Source of the DNA: an uncultured Treponema sp.
Lineage (GTDB): Bacteria > Spirochaetota > Spirochaetia > Treponematales > Treponemataceae
Length of the DNA stretch: 64,000 bases
Direction: 5' to 3'
Assembly (NCBI GenBank): GCA_905372265.1
Contig: CAJPOL010000001.1
Coordinates: 458-64,457 of the forward strand
Shown here piece after piece: positions 8,453 to 17,458 of this stretch. Position 1 is the first letter of the stretch, and each line of letters begins with the position of its first letter. Below the pieces are notes generated by a model. That model had not been told where the DNA came from and did not search any database. It worked only from the letters and a program-made list of their open reading frames with translations. Made by a program: the position numbers and the translations under genes.

Positions 8453-11263
8453 ATGGATCACGGCGATGCGGAACAGCATAATGAAAATGCCGTCTCGCAA
8501 AACGGCAACACTATACCGGCTGACAACACTCAAACAACACAGGAGCACGAAAGCGTACAGCCTAAAAGCACTGCTCCTCAGCACACTGAAAAACCTCAGA
8601 AAGGCGGATTTTTAAAAAAATGCGCCGTATTTTTTTTAATTCTCCTGTGCCTTATCCTTGTGCCGGTTGCGGGTCTTGTTCTCTATTCATTGATAGACCG
8701 CGAAAATCCTGCCCGCCATATCGCCGGTAATTTTTATACATTGGTTACCGTCTCATCTGCAAGCGAGATAGTACAAAAAGGATTATATCTCAGTGCGGCG
8801 GATTCGCTTCTGTCCGCGCCGGAGACGGCGGCGCTGCAAGGGAATGTACGCGCGCTGCGTTCCAACGCAGTTCTCCAATCGGTTTGGTTCAAACGGCTGC
8901 TCAATATTCCCGTTAACGCGGCGTTTTATGAAAAGAATGCCGTTGCCCTTGTTTCCGATATAGGGATACGGTCAGCTGCGACCCGGTTGCTCCCTCTCAT
9001 GCTCCGCATAAGGCCTGAATTGATAGACGGCGTTCAAGGACTTTCCCAGACGGCCTTTGCATTGGACGGAAAAACAGTGCAGGGCTTTGTGTTTGCGCTC
9101 TCTAAAGATCAATCCCTCTATCTCTGCTTTTACAAAAATCTCCTCATTGCAGCAACCTCGCACGAACTGTTTCAGGCATGCCTGAGTAAAAACACCGATG
9201 AAACAGGGCAAAAGCTAACAGCCTTACTGCGGGATAGGAGCGGCGATGCAATCAATATCTACGCCGATCCATCCTACTTTACGGCTGGTATTGCGCAGCA
9301 GAAAAATGTCATCGGTAATATGATGAGAGAGCTTTCTTTTCCGGAGCTGAGTAAACAGAGCATTACCTTCGATGATGACCATATCGGGTTAAGAAGCTCC
9401 TCTCAATGGGTTTCGGAGCGGGCGGAGGTTCAGGCCGTTTTAAACCGCCGTTCAAATTTACCCGGCGTCCTTTCCCGGCTGCCTGAATCGGCGGTCTATC
9501 TGACCTTATTTAATTTAGGCGATCCCGATTTCCTCTATAGCAATACGCAACCGTTTTTTACGCCTGAGTTGACACGTCTTTTCAATACAGCGGAAAAAAA
9601 CTGCAAACTTTTTTTCCATAAAGATTTAAATCAGCTTGTATTTGAATGGGTCGGCAGTGAAATCGGCGTATTCGGACACAAGGATGCTCAAAATCCGGTG
9701 TTTTTTGTTTCGGTGAAAGATGAAGCAAAATGCCGCCGGCTATTGGAAGACCTCTTCGATACCATATTTTTAGACCGCTCTACTGCGGCTGTAATCGACG
9801 GCGACCGGATTCCGCGTATTGTGTTACCGGCATGGCTTGCAGGATTATTGAAAGCCTTTTCAATCGATTTGCCGCAGCCTTTTTATATGATTCAAGACGG
9901 GTACTTGTATCTCTCAAAGAGCGCCGAAGCGCTCGGTATGTGCAAAAAAGAAATCGATGACGGTAAATTACTGATAAAAACGAAACAATGGAAAACGTAC
10001 GCAAAAAGTATCTCGCCTGAGACCTCTTTTCTTGTGTACTACTCGCTTGAAAGGAGCATTCCATTCTTTTTACAGCAAAATGCAGCGCTAAAAGCGGCTT
10101 TCAAAAATTACGGACAAGGAGTGCTGTCTTTACGCTTTGCTGCAGGGCAACAGATATATCTTGATTTTTACACCCAAAAAACCGCTTCCCGCAGCCTTGA
10201 GGAAATTCCATCGTTTCCGCGTATGATGGAAACGCAACCGGAAACAGGCTTTATTTGCGCACAAACGGCTGCCCGCATCCCATACGGTTTTTGGACAAAC
10301 GGTTCGAATGTTTATAGAATGAACCTTCTAACGGGAGAAACGTTCTCGCTGATGCTGGACGGAAGCGCAGGAATCAGTGCTGATTTCAAAAATACCGGCA
10401 GCGTCCCTGTGCTGCAAGCGCTTTGGGCGGTTTCGGCACGCGGATCGATTTATAAAACAGATGAGCATTTAGAGCCTTTCGACGGCTTTCCTGTACTGAC
10501 GGCTCACAAGCTGCAGCCGAAACCGGCTGCTTTGAACGGCGTTATTGTTCCGCTTTTTTCGGAGCCGGCGCTCTTGAAAACTGATCAGGACGGAGCGTAC
10601 GCCCTTTCCGATGAAATGGAATCGAAGTTACGCGGCGCGCCGATTGTTTTCAAAAACATGATTGCAGCGCTTCCCCGTTCCTTTGAAAGCAAGCTGTACA
10701 TATTCAATCAGGACGGCCGCATAGCGGAAAGCCTACCGGTCGAGCTTGACGGCATTTTTGCGGCGGAACCGCTGATGTTCACACAGAAAGACGGCAAGGA
10801 TTGCGTTGCTCTGGTTAATGAAGAAGGGCGTTTTTCCATCCGCTCGCTTTCAGAGGATTGTGCCGAACTTACAGCGGCCGACCTATATGCTGTCTGTAAA
10901 ACAACGCCGGCATATTCTTATACGGCGAGAGCTTTTTTTGTCGTATCTGCCGACGGCCGGCTCTTTAAAATCTCCGATACGGGAGAGGTCATTGATTCCC
11001 TGCCGCTTAAAACGGGAAAAGCGGACGATTATACGGTATGCACGCTTGATCTGGATAGAGACGGAAGCGATGAGGTACTGGTTTCAGGCGGCGGCAACGC
11101 GGTTTATGCCTATACCTCAGGCCTTGCTCCGGTGGACGGGTTCCCCATAGCGGGAACCGGCCGGCCGTATCTCTTTGACATAGACGGCGATAAGGCCCCT
11201 GAGCTGATAACATACGGTGTTGACCGGAAATTACATGCATATAGAGGAGGAACGCTGCGATGA
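8453..11263 (+). CDS. large membrane-anchored hypothetical protein with C-terminal beta-propeller and FG-GAP-like DxDxDG motifs
   Basis: Low-complexity N-terminus, single TM segment, repeated (D/E)GFP(V/I) blades, DLDRDGSDE and DIDGDKAPE motifs; AAGGAG RBS. Confidence 0.7.
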   Translation: MDHGDAEQHNENAVSQNGNTIPADNTQTTQEHESVQPKSTAPQHTEKPQKGGFLKKCAVFFLILLCLILVPVAGLVLYSLIDRENPARHIAGNFYTLVTVSSASEIVQKGLYLSAADSLLSAPETAALQGNVRALRSNAVLQSVWFKRLLNIPVNAAFYEKNAVALVSDIGIRSAATRLLPLMLRIRPELIDGVQGLSQTAFALDGKTVQGFVFALSKDQSLYLCFYKNLLIAATSHELFQACLSKNTDETGQKLTALLRDRSGDAINIYADPSYFTAGIAQQKNVIGNMMRELSFPELSKQSITFDDDHIGLRSSSQWVSERAEVQAVLNRRSNLPGVLSRLPESAVYLTLFNLGDPDFLYSNTQPFFTPELTRLFNTAEKNCKLFFHKDLNQLVFEWVGSEIGVFGHKDAQNPVFFVSVKDEAKCRRLLEDLFDTIFLDRSTAAVIDGDRIPRIVLPAWLAGLLKAFSIDLPQPFYMIQDGYLYLSKSAEALGMCKKEIDDGKLLIKTKQWKTYAKSISPETSFLVYYSLERSIPFFLQQNAALKAAFKNYGQGVLSLRFAAGQQIYLDFYTQKTASRSLEEIPSFPRMMETQPETGFICAQTAARIPYGFWTNGSNVYRMNLLTGETFSLMLDGSAGISADFKNTGSVPVLQALWAVSARGSIYKTDEHLEPFDGFPVLTAHKLQPKPAALNGVIVPLFSEPALLKTDQDGAYALSDEMESKLRGAPIVFKNMIAALPRSFESKLYIFNQDGRIAESLPVELDGIFAAEPLMFTQKDGKDCVALVNEEGRFSIRSLSEDCAELTAADLYAVCKTTPAYSYTARAFFVVSADGRLFKISDTGEVIDSLPLKTGKADDYTVCTLDLDRDGSDEVLVSGGGNAVYAYTSGLAPVDGFPIAGTGRPYLFDIDGDKAPELITYGVDRKLHAYRGGTLR

Positions 11264-12345
11264 ACCGTTTTTTTTCACTCTTCCGTTTTACGAAAATGAG
11301 CGTTCTTGTTTTGTGTATTGGGATAACTGCTTCCTGTGCTACCGTTCAGACAGATCTTTTTTATACCGGTACGGCCGGAGAGACGAATATCAAAACGCTG
11401 GAAAGCGTGGAAGCGGATATCGTGCTGCAATATATACATCGGGAACCGAAAAAACTTGCGCACATTCAAAGCGGGCTTGAGGCGCTTTTAAAAAAGCCGT
11501 CTACCGATTCTTCTTATCTGGCACGGCTTTATGCGCTGTATGCCGACATCTTTATCCTAAAGCGTCAGCTGCAAACGGCGCAAAAAAAGCTCAATGAGGC
11601 AAAAGCGTATGATGCATACGATGAGTATGTACAGCTTGTCCAAGCGCGGCTGATAAAAGATCAGGATGAGCGGAGAATCTATTTGGAACAACGGGTTGCC
11701 GAAAATACGGCGTACTACCGGCTCAGTGCGGAATTAGGCGGGTTGTATGCCGCTGCAAAAGATTACCGGAACGCTCTTGCGGCGTTTGATGCTTCTCTTG
11801 CTTTCCTGCCTGATGTCTACCGGCAGCGGTACGAGAAAGAAAGAGAACAAAGCGCTCAACTCTATACACTGGATGCAATCCCGGCAACAAAGTCATCCGA
11901 AAAAATTCTTCAAAGCGCTTCCATCTCATTGATCGATATGGCTGTTCTTACACAAGATTCAACGGCTGCGCTTGACTTTATCACAGGTACGGCTGAATGG
12001 AAACCGCCGCTTCTTGCCGATCATCTTAAAAAGATCGGCTGGTATAATCCCGAAAGCGATATTCTCGGCGGCTCTACATCAAAAAAAGATGCAGCGCTGT
12101 TTTTATGGCATCTTGTAACGGGCGGGGATACAAAACGTTTAACAAAGTACAGCCGCTATTATGCAAATAAGCGGAAACTGCCTATTCCCGATGTACCGCT
12201 TGATGGTGTATACTTTGATTCCATTGTAGGAACCGTTGAAGAAGATATTATCCCGCTTGTTGACGGCAAAAACTTTCAGCCTGATACGGCAGTGAGCGGT
12301 TTGGAATTTTATAATTGGCTCTTAAAAGCCGATGCTCTTCGATAG
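11260..12345 (+). CDS. TPR-repeat lipoprotein with SLH-like C-terminus
   Basis: Lipobox TASC, helical TPR-like segments, C-terminal PDVP...FQPDTAVSGLEF; ATGA overlap with the upstream gene. Confidence 0.65.
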   Translation: MNRFFSLFRFTKMSVLVLCIGITASCATVQTDLFYTGTAGETNIKTLESVEADIVLQYIHREPKKLAHIQSGLEALLKKPSTDSSYLARLYALYADIFILKRQLQTAQKKLNEAKAYDAYDEYVQLVQARLIKDQDERRIYLEQRVAENTAYYRLSAELGGLYAAAKDYRNALAAFDASLAFLPDVYRQRYEKEREQSAQLYTLDAIPATKSSEKILQSASISLIDMAVLTQDSTAALDFITGTAEWKPPLLADHLKKIGWYNPESDILGGSTSKKDAALFLWHLVTGGDTKRLTKYSRYYANKRKLPIPDVPLDGVYFDSIVGTVEEDIIPLVDGKNFQPDTAVSGLEFYNWLLKADALR

Positions 12346-12432
12346 AGGGCGATGCAATATGCACAGCGGCCTCTATGAGAGGATATACATATAAAATGGC
12401 GGTTCTTGAAGCGGCCGTAAAGGAAGTAGAAG

Positions 12433-12858
12433 ATGGCAGATTTTGTTGCATGGGATCAGAGCTATAATGTCGGAATTACACACGTTGATAAGCAGCACAA
12501 GCACTTGGTGTATTTGATCAACAGCTTGTATAATGCCTGCCTTGACGAGAAAAACGTTTTGGAAGAAACGTTTAGATCGGTGATGAAAGAACTGGTTGAG
12601 TATGTCATGATTCATTTTAGAGATGAAGAAGCAATCATGGAAAGTGTCAATTATCCGCAGCTCAAAGAGCATAAGAAAAAGCACGAAGTTTTCGTTAAAG
12701 AGATACTGGCCACCGTGAGTGCATACAAGGACGGAAAGCAATTTGTACCGAATACCTTTGTCCGCTTTTTGCGCGATTGGCTGTTCAATCATATTTTAGT
12801 GTGCGATAAAGAGATGGCAAAATACTACCTTACGGTGAAAGGAACAGACGTGGAATAA
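12433..12858 (+). CDS. bacteriohemerythrin (single domain)
   Basis: W..SY.VG...VD.QH, HF.DEE..M...YP...HK..H, WL.NHI...D di-iron ligand pattern. Confidence 0.93.
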   Translation: MADFVAWDQSYNVGITHVDKQHKHLVYLINSLYNACLDEKNVLEETFRSVMKELVEYVMIHFRDEEAIMESVNYPQLKEHKKKHEVFVKEILATVSAYKDGKQFVPNTFVRFLRDWLFNHILVCDKEMAKYYLTVKGTDVE

Positions 12859-12917
12859 GCATCAGGGGCTCAGGTGTGAAAAAAAGAGGGGGGAATTTGC
12901 CTGTCTGTAATGCAGTA

Positions 12918-13020
12918 CCGTCAAAAAATGTACTCCCTCATACATTTTTGACAGGAAATTCACACGAGCGAAACGAAAGTATCGCTTCTGCATGGAACCT
13001 ACCGCCGTCCATGGCGGAAG
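12918..13020. repeat. intergenic hairpin plus family D repeat
   Basis: GTCAAAAAATGTA...TACATTTTTGAC stem; CTGCATGGAACCTACCGCCGTCCATGGCGG resembles 8241-8272. Confidence 0.55.
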
Positions 13021-13109
13021 CCTCTTTTTTCACGTGTGCTATTACATAAAACAATACTTTTCTCTTATTTTGCTTTCACAGTTGAATCCCTGGAATAAAG
13101 ATATTTTTC

Positions 13110-13139
13110 TTGACAACTGCCGTATGTATCCTTTACAAT
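13110..13139 (+). promoter_or_regulatory. sigma70-type promoter of the RiPP cluster
   Basis: TTGACA-18 nt-TACAAT about 120 nt upstream of the precursor ATG. Confidence 0.65.
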
Positions 13140-13171
13140 GATCTTATGATGAAAACCGCAAGGGAATAGAC

Positions 13172-13536
13172 ATAAAAACAAGGGCATGCGGGGAACCTTT
13201 TTACGGCAACTGTACGGTGAACGCTTCACCGTAACATTTTACAAAGGAGGAGCAAACGATGACTACAATGGTAATTGAACCGATCTATTCCGATAATCGG
13301 TCGGAAGACGGAGCGTACGGATGCGCATGCGTCTGCAATTCAGACTCAAACACTTATAACTTTACAGCGGATTGTGCCGCTGCTCAAGGTGCCTGCGGCT
13401 GTTCATGCGTAGGTGCTGTAAACTTAAACGCTAATTCAGACTTAGCGAGCAAATCGGCATAAGCGCGCTGCCGGCGCAGCGTGTAAGCGGCGTCCGGCAG
13501 CAGCAGTAAACCATTCCCGCATGCCTTTCCTTTTAT
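13172..13536 (+). other. long-range inverted repeat (13172-13195 / 13514-13536) enclosing the precursor ORF, with internal hairpins at 13213-13233 and 13467-13501
   Basis: ATAAAAACAAGGGCATGCGGGGAA pairs with TTCCCGCATGCCTTTCCTTTTAT. Confidence 0.7.
13259..13462 (+). CDS. Cys-rich RiPP precursor peptide (sactipeptide/ranthipeptide type), 67 aa, 7 Cys
   Basis: AAAGGAGG RBS; acidic leader ending GAYG, then CACVC...C...CGCSC; first gene of an operon containing an rSAM/SPASM enzyme. Confidence 0.88.
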   Translation: MTTMVIEPIYSDNRSEDGAYGCACVCNSDSNTYNFTADCAAAQGACGCSCVGAVNLNANSDLASKSA

Positions 13537-13564
13537 AGATATGATGATTTAAGGAGGAAGCTGT

Positions 13565-14890
13565 ATGTATGCGCTCATACGGTATGAAATAAAAAAAATG
13601 CTCACCGATACGGCGGCAAAGTATGTGTTCGTCCTGCTGCTCGGCTGGACTTTCTTTAGCGTCTATACGGTTATTACAGGCTATTGGTGCTCCGCTCCCT
13701 ACTCCGATTCCGAAGCGGCTGCGGATCTGAGCACCAGCCGCGGCTATATGGGCTTAAAGGCAATAAAGGAAACCAAACGGCAGTACCGGCAGTATACCGG
13801 CGATACCGTCCTTTCGGTGCCCCTTTTACGCGATGCATACCGCGTCAAGCAAAGATTGAAAGAAGATTTTAAAAAAGAGGCGGAGGCTGCCGGTTGGCCT
13901 CCTTTCCTATACAACGAGTACATGGAACGTAATAGTCTAAAGATGTCTGATTTCTATCCTGATAGTGTGAGGCTCTTTCTCTATCTTATGACAAGCGAGT
14001 CTTTGGGCGGAGCTGCAGAAGATGCCGTTCCCGACAGCCTCTATGAGGACAATTTTGATGCACGGGTGGATTCAGGAATCACCCGTGAGGAATCAGAGCG
14101 GCATTTGCTGCGGCAAAAATGCGCCGAGCTTCCGGTGCCGTTCCGCTTCGGCTACTGTGCAGGCTGGGAGCAGGTAGGAGGCAAATTCCGGACGTTTGTG
14201 TACTGGCTGCCTGCGCTTATTACTCTCTTTTTTATCCTCATCCTAAAGTACGAGCAGGAATCGGGGATGGATACCATAACGTTTACTGCAGTGTACGGCA
14301 GAACGAAGGGGGTGTATGCCAAACTGGTTGCGGGGGTTTGTACGGCGGTTATTTTGTATACGGCTGTTTCGCTCGTTTATGCGCTGAGCCTGTTAAGCAT
14401 CTTCGGCTTTGAAGGCGGCACGTACCCCATACAGATAACATCGTGGGCAAATTACTATATAATGTCGGCATACCCGCTCAACCTGATGCAGTGCTGCCTC
14501 GTGCAGTATCTGATGGGACTTACAGTAACGGTTTCTGCGGTGCTGTGCGCTTATTGGGTGTTTTCGCTGGTGCGGAATGCATTTGTATCCCTCGCGGTGG
14601 TGTGGGCGCTGTATTACGGAATAAAGTTGTTAAGCTTTCTTCCTCCGGCGTATAATGAGCTGCATAGCAATCTGCATGTAAGCGATCTGCAACGATACAT
14701 TCAAAGCATAGGGGTTAATGCGCTTAATATGCTGTATATTTTTTGCGGCCAGATTCTAGATGGAGATTTTATCTATTTTTTCGGCATTCCGGTACTGCGC
14801 GCCTACGGATTGGTGATAGTGTATGCGGCTGTTTCAATAGCGCTTGCCGGTATGAGCATATACCGGTACCGCCGCTGCGAAATCCGTTGA
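13565..14890 (+). CDS. ABC-2-type transporter permease with large extracytoplasmic loop
   Basis: LIRYEIKK N-terminus, F.FGY..GWE, E.ESGM...T.YGR......KL motif, multiple TMs; AAGGAGG RBS. Confidence 0.8.
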   Translation: MYALIRYEIKKMLTDTAAKYVFVLLLGWTFFSVYTVITGYWCSAPYSDSEAAADLSTSRGYMGLKAIKETKRQYRQYTGDTVLSVPLLRDAYRVKQRLKEDFKKEAEAAGWPPFLYNEYMERNSLKMSDFYPDSVRLFLYLMTSESLGGAAEDAVPDSLYEDNFDARVDSGITREESERHLLRQKCAELPVPFRFGYCAGWEQVGGKFRTFVYWLPALITLFFILILKYEQESGMDTITFTAVYGRTKGVYAKLVAGVCTAVILYTAVSLVYALSLLSIFGFEGGTYPIQITSWANYYIMSAYPLNLMQCCLVQYLMGLTVTVSAVLCAYWVFSLVRNAFVSLAVVWALYYGIKLLSFLPPAYNELHSNLHVSDLQRYIQSIGVNALNMLYIFCGQILDGDFIYFFGIPVLRAYGLVIVYAAVSIALAGMSIYRYRRCEIR

Positions 14891-14922
14891 ACATGAGAAA
14901 AAGTGAAAGGGAGGATAATCTT

Positions 14923-16491
14923 ATGAATAATCAAAATACAGTACAGGAGTTAAAACGGCTTTTTGCGCTGAAAGAAACCCATGAGCTTGACCGTATGGGC
15001 GCCTTATTCAATACGGAACGGGCTAACTATTACTACGATACCGGTACCGGAAAAGTACTGCAGCTTGATGATGACGTCTTTTTTGTGCTGCATAATGCAT
15101 TTCATAATCCTTCGTTTACGGAAGCGGATGTAAAGGCAGCCTATTGCGATCAGCAAAACATTGAATCATTTTTACAGCTTTCTATTGATGAACATTTGTT
15201 TAGAGCCATCAAACCGAAAAGACTGTACAATCCGGCCTTTTACGAGCATTTAGAGGAAAGCCTTGCAACAAAAGCGGAACAGCTCATATTAAAGCTGACT
15301 GATACGTGCAATTTCCGCTGTAAGTACTGTATTTATAACGAAGACTATGCCGGAAACGTTGATTTTTCCGACAAAACAATGAGCTGGGAAACGGCAAAAA
15401 AAGCAGTTGATTACTTTTATGCGCATTCCTTTGCTGCAAATCGGAATGCGGTAACCTTTTACGGCGGAGAGCCGCTTTTGCAATTTCCCCTGCTAAAACA
15501 AGTAGTGGACTATTCCCGCAGTTTATTTAAAGACCGAGAGCTTTCTTTTTCGTTTACAACCAACGCATCGCTGGTAACCGATGCAATAGCCGATTACCTT
15601 ACCGGTATTCCTAAGATGTCGATTGTATGCAGTCTAGACGGCCCGCAGGATATTCATAATGCATACCGGAAGACCGTTGGTAAAAAAGGTACGTTCGAAG
15701 CAGTTATGTGCGGTTTGGAAAAATTATATAAGGCAAATCTTAAGAACAAGCAAGCAACAATCTCAGTCAACGCTGTTTTTGCTCCACCGTACAGCTTTGA
15801 AAAGCTTGATAAAATAGAAGTATTTTTTTTAACGCATCCGTACCTTTCCGATACTGCGCAAGTAACCATCGGCTATCCTGCCGAAGACAGCGTGCCTGAT
15901 AAAGAAGCCTTAATACGCCCCATACTGGATAATGTGAAATATAGAATGAGGAATCAGCATTATATCGATCCTTTGTTTAATTGGCAGCGGTTAAAACTGG
16001 CGGATAAACAGACGGTATTTTACAAATCAATTTCTTTTTCCGGCTTGCTGCAGTCGCTTAATGCGGTCAATAACCGCTATATTACCAAAAAACCGGAAGA
16101 AAGATACGGCTTTCACGGCTGCTGCGTTCCGGGCGTACGGCGTATCTATGTGGAAACGGACGGCAGTTTTTACCCCTGCGAACGGATAGGTATTTCGCCG
16201 TGCATCGGCACGGTTGATACCGGTATGGATGTGGAAGCCATACGGCGCTATTACATAGACGGTTATAGCGATGCCTGTATACAGCGCTGCGCTCATTGCT
16301 GGGCGATACGGCTGTGCAATTTTTGCTATGCCAAGCGGATGACAAAAGACGACTTTAATACCGCTTCGTTCAAAGACTGCGCTTCCAAAAAAGAAGTGCT
16401 TTTGCATCATCTCGCCTTTTACCACGAACTTATGGAAACGGAAAGCGGCAGAGAAACGTTAAAAGCGCTCAAAGACGCTACCTTTACATAG
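14923..16491 (+). CDS. radical SAM/SPASM peptide maturase with N-terminal RiPP recognition element (CcpM-like)
   Basis: CNFRCKYC, FYGGEPLL, FTTN, SLDGP..H..YR; SPASM CCVPG....V..DG.FYPCER...C..C..CW....C..C...C. Start moved to ATG 14923 (GGGAGG RBS). Confidence 0.92.
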   Translation: MNNQNTVQELKRLFALKETHELDRMGALFNTERANYYYDTGTGKVLQLDDDVFFVLHNAFHNPSFTEADVKAAYCDQQNIESFLQLSIDEHLFRAIKPKRLYNPAFYEHLEESLATKAEQLILKLTDTCNFRCKYCIYNEDYAGNVDFSDKTMSWETAKKAVDYFYAHSFAANRNAVTFYGGEPLLQFPLLKQVVDYSRSLFKDRELSFSFTTNASLVTDAIADYLTGIPKMSIVCSLDGPQDIHNAYRKTVGKKGTFEAVMCGLEKLYKANLKNKQATISVNAVFAPPYSFEKLDKIEVFFLTHPYLSDTAQVTIGYPAEDSVPDKEALIRPILDNVKYRMRNQHYIDPLFNWQRLKLADKQTVFYKSISFSGLLQSLNAVNNRYITKKPEERYGFHGCCVPGVRRIYVETDGSFYPCERIGISPCIGTVDTGMDVEAIRRYYIDGYSDACIQRCAHCWAIRLCNFCYAKRMTKDDFNTASFKDCASKKEVLLHHLAFYHELMETESGRETLKALKDATFT

Positions 16492-16564
16492 GAAGAGGGC
16501 TGTCAAAAAAGTAACCAACTTTTAAAACATCTCTAGTCAATATATTTACATGAAGGAGTCTCCT

Positions 16565-17440
16565 ATGACATTGGAATTGAAAGAGTTGTGCAAATACTTT
16601 AAGGATAAGCGCGCCGTTGATCAGTTAAACGTTACTATACACGAAGGGGTCAACGGACTATTGGGAGCAAACGGAGCGGGCAAAACCACGCTTATGAACA
16701 TGCTTGTAACCAACACCCGCCCTACGTCGGGCGCTATTTACTTTGACGGTGAAGACATCACCAAAATGGGAGAGCGCTACCGCAACGTGTTAGGCTATCT
16801 GCCGCAGGACTTTAGAGCTTATCTTGATTTTACCGCTCTTGAGTTTTTGGCGTATATGGCAGCGTTAAAAAACGTGTGCTTTGACCGGCCTGAGCAAAAG
16901 TACCGGGAGTTTTTAGAGCAGATGAATTTGGCCGATGTAGCCAAAAAGAAGATTAGAACTTTTTCAGGGGGGATGAAAAAGCGGCTGGGGATTGCGCAAG
17001 TGCTGTTGAACGATCCTAAAATCATCATTGTAGATGAGCCTACCACGGGGCTTGACCCAAAGGAGCGGATAAAATTCCGCAATATTATCAATGGGATTTC
17101 AGAACACAAAATCATACTGCTTTCGACACATATTGTCTCTGATATAGAGAACGTTGCCAAAAATATTTTGATGATGAAAGAGGGAAAGATACTGTTAAAC
17201 GGGACGCTTGAGCAGCTGACGAATGAGTATGAGGGCCGGGCGTGGATATGCGAAGTGAATCAGAGCGAGTTTGAGCGGATAAATGAAAAGTACTATGTGT
17301 CCGCTTCGCGGAGAAATCCCGATAACAGCATAGAAACGCGGGTGGTAGCGGATGAAAAACCGCATGAAAGCGCGCGGCAGGTGGCGGCCTCTTTAGAGGA
17401 TATTTATTTATACAACTTTAAAGAGCTCTCGCAAGAATAG
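16565..17440 (+). CDS. ABC transporter ATP-binding subunit (ABC-2/peptide resistance type)
   Basis: GANGAGKT, FSGGMKKR, IIVDEPTTGLDP, LSTH; AAGGAG RBS before ATG 16565. Confidence 0.92.
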   Translation: MTLELKELCKYFKDKRAVDQLNVTIHEGVNGLLGANGAGKTTLMNMLVTNTRPTSGAIYFDGEDITKMGERYRNVLGYLPQDFRAYLDFTALEFLAYMAALKNVCFDRPEQKYREFLEQMNLADVAKKKIRTFSGGMKKRLGIAQVLLNDPKIIIVDEPTTGLDPKERIKFRNIINGISEHKIILLSTHIVSDIENVAKNILMMKEGKILLNGTLEQLTNEYEGRAWICEVNQSEFERINEKYYVSASRRNPDNSIETRVVADEKPHESARQVAASLEDIYLYNFKELSQE

Positions 17441-17458
17441 CAATAAAGAGGAAAAAGT

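Noticed and set aside
12373..12792. 139-aa antisense ORF over hemerythrin, and the many other short ORFs nested in or antisense to long genes
   Set aside because: Shadow ORFs of well-supported genes, with no motifs or translation signals.
14743..14922. N-terminal extensions given by the ORF track for the rSAM gene (also adhE, licCA, folC, upp, Smr, M24 peptidase, lolA, FGE lipoprotein)
   Set aside because: They overlap upstream genes, promoters or repeats. Downstream starts have RBS or promoter support, or coincide with where recognisable protein sequence begins.
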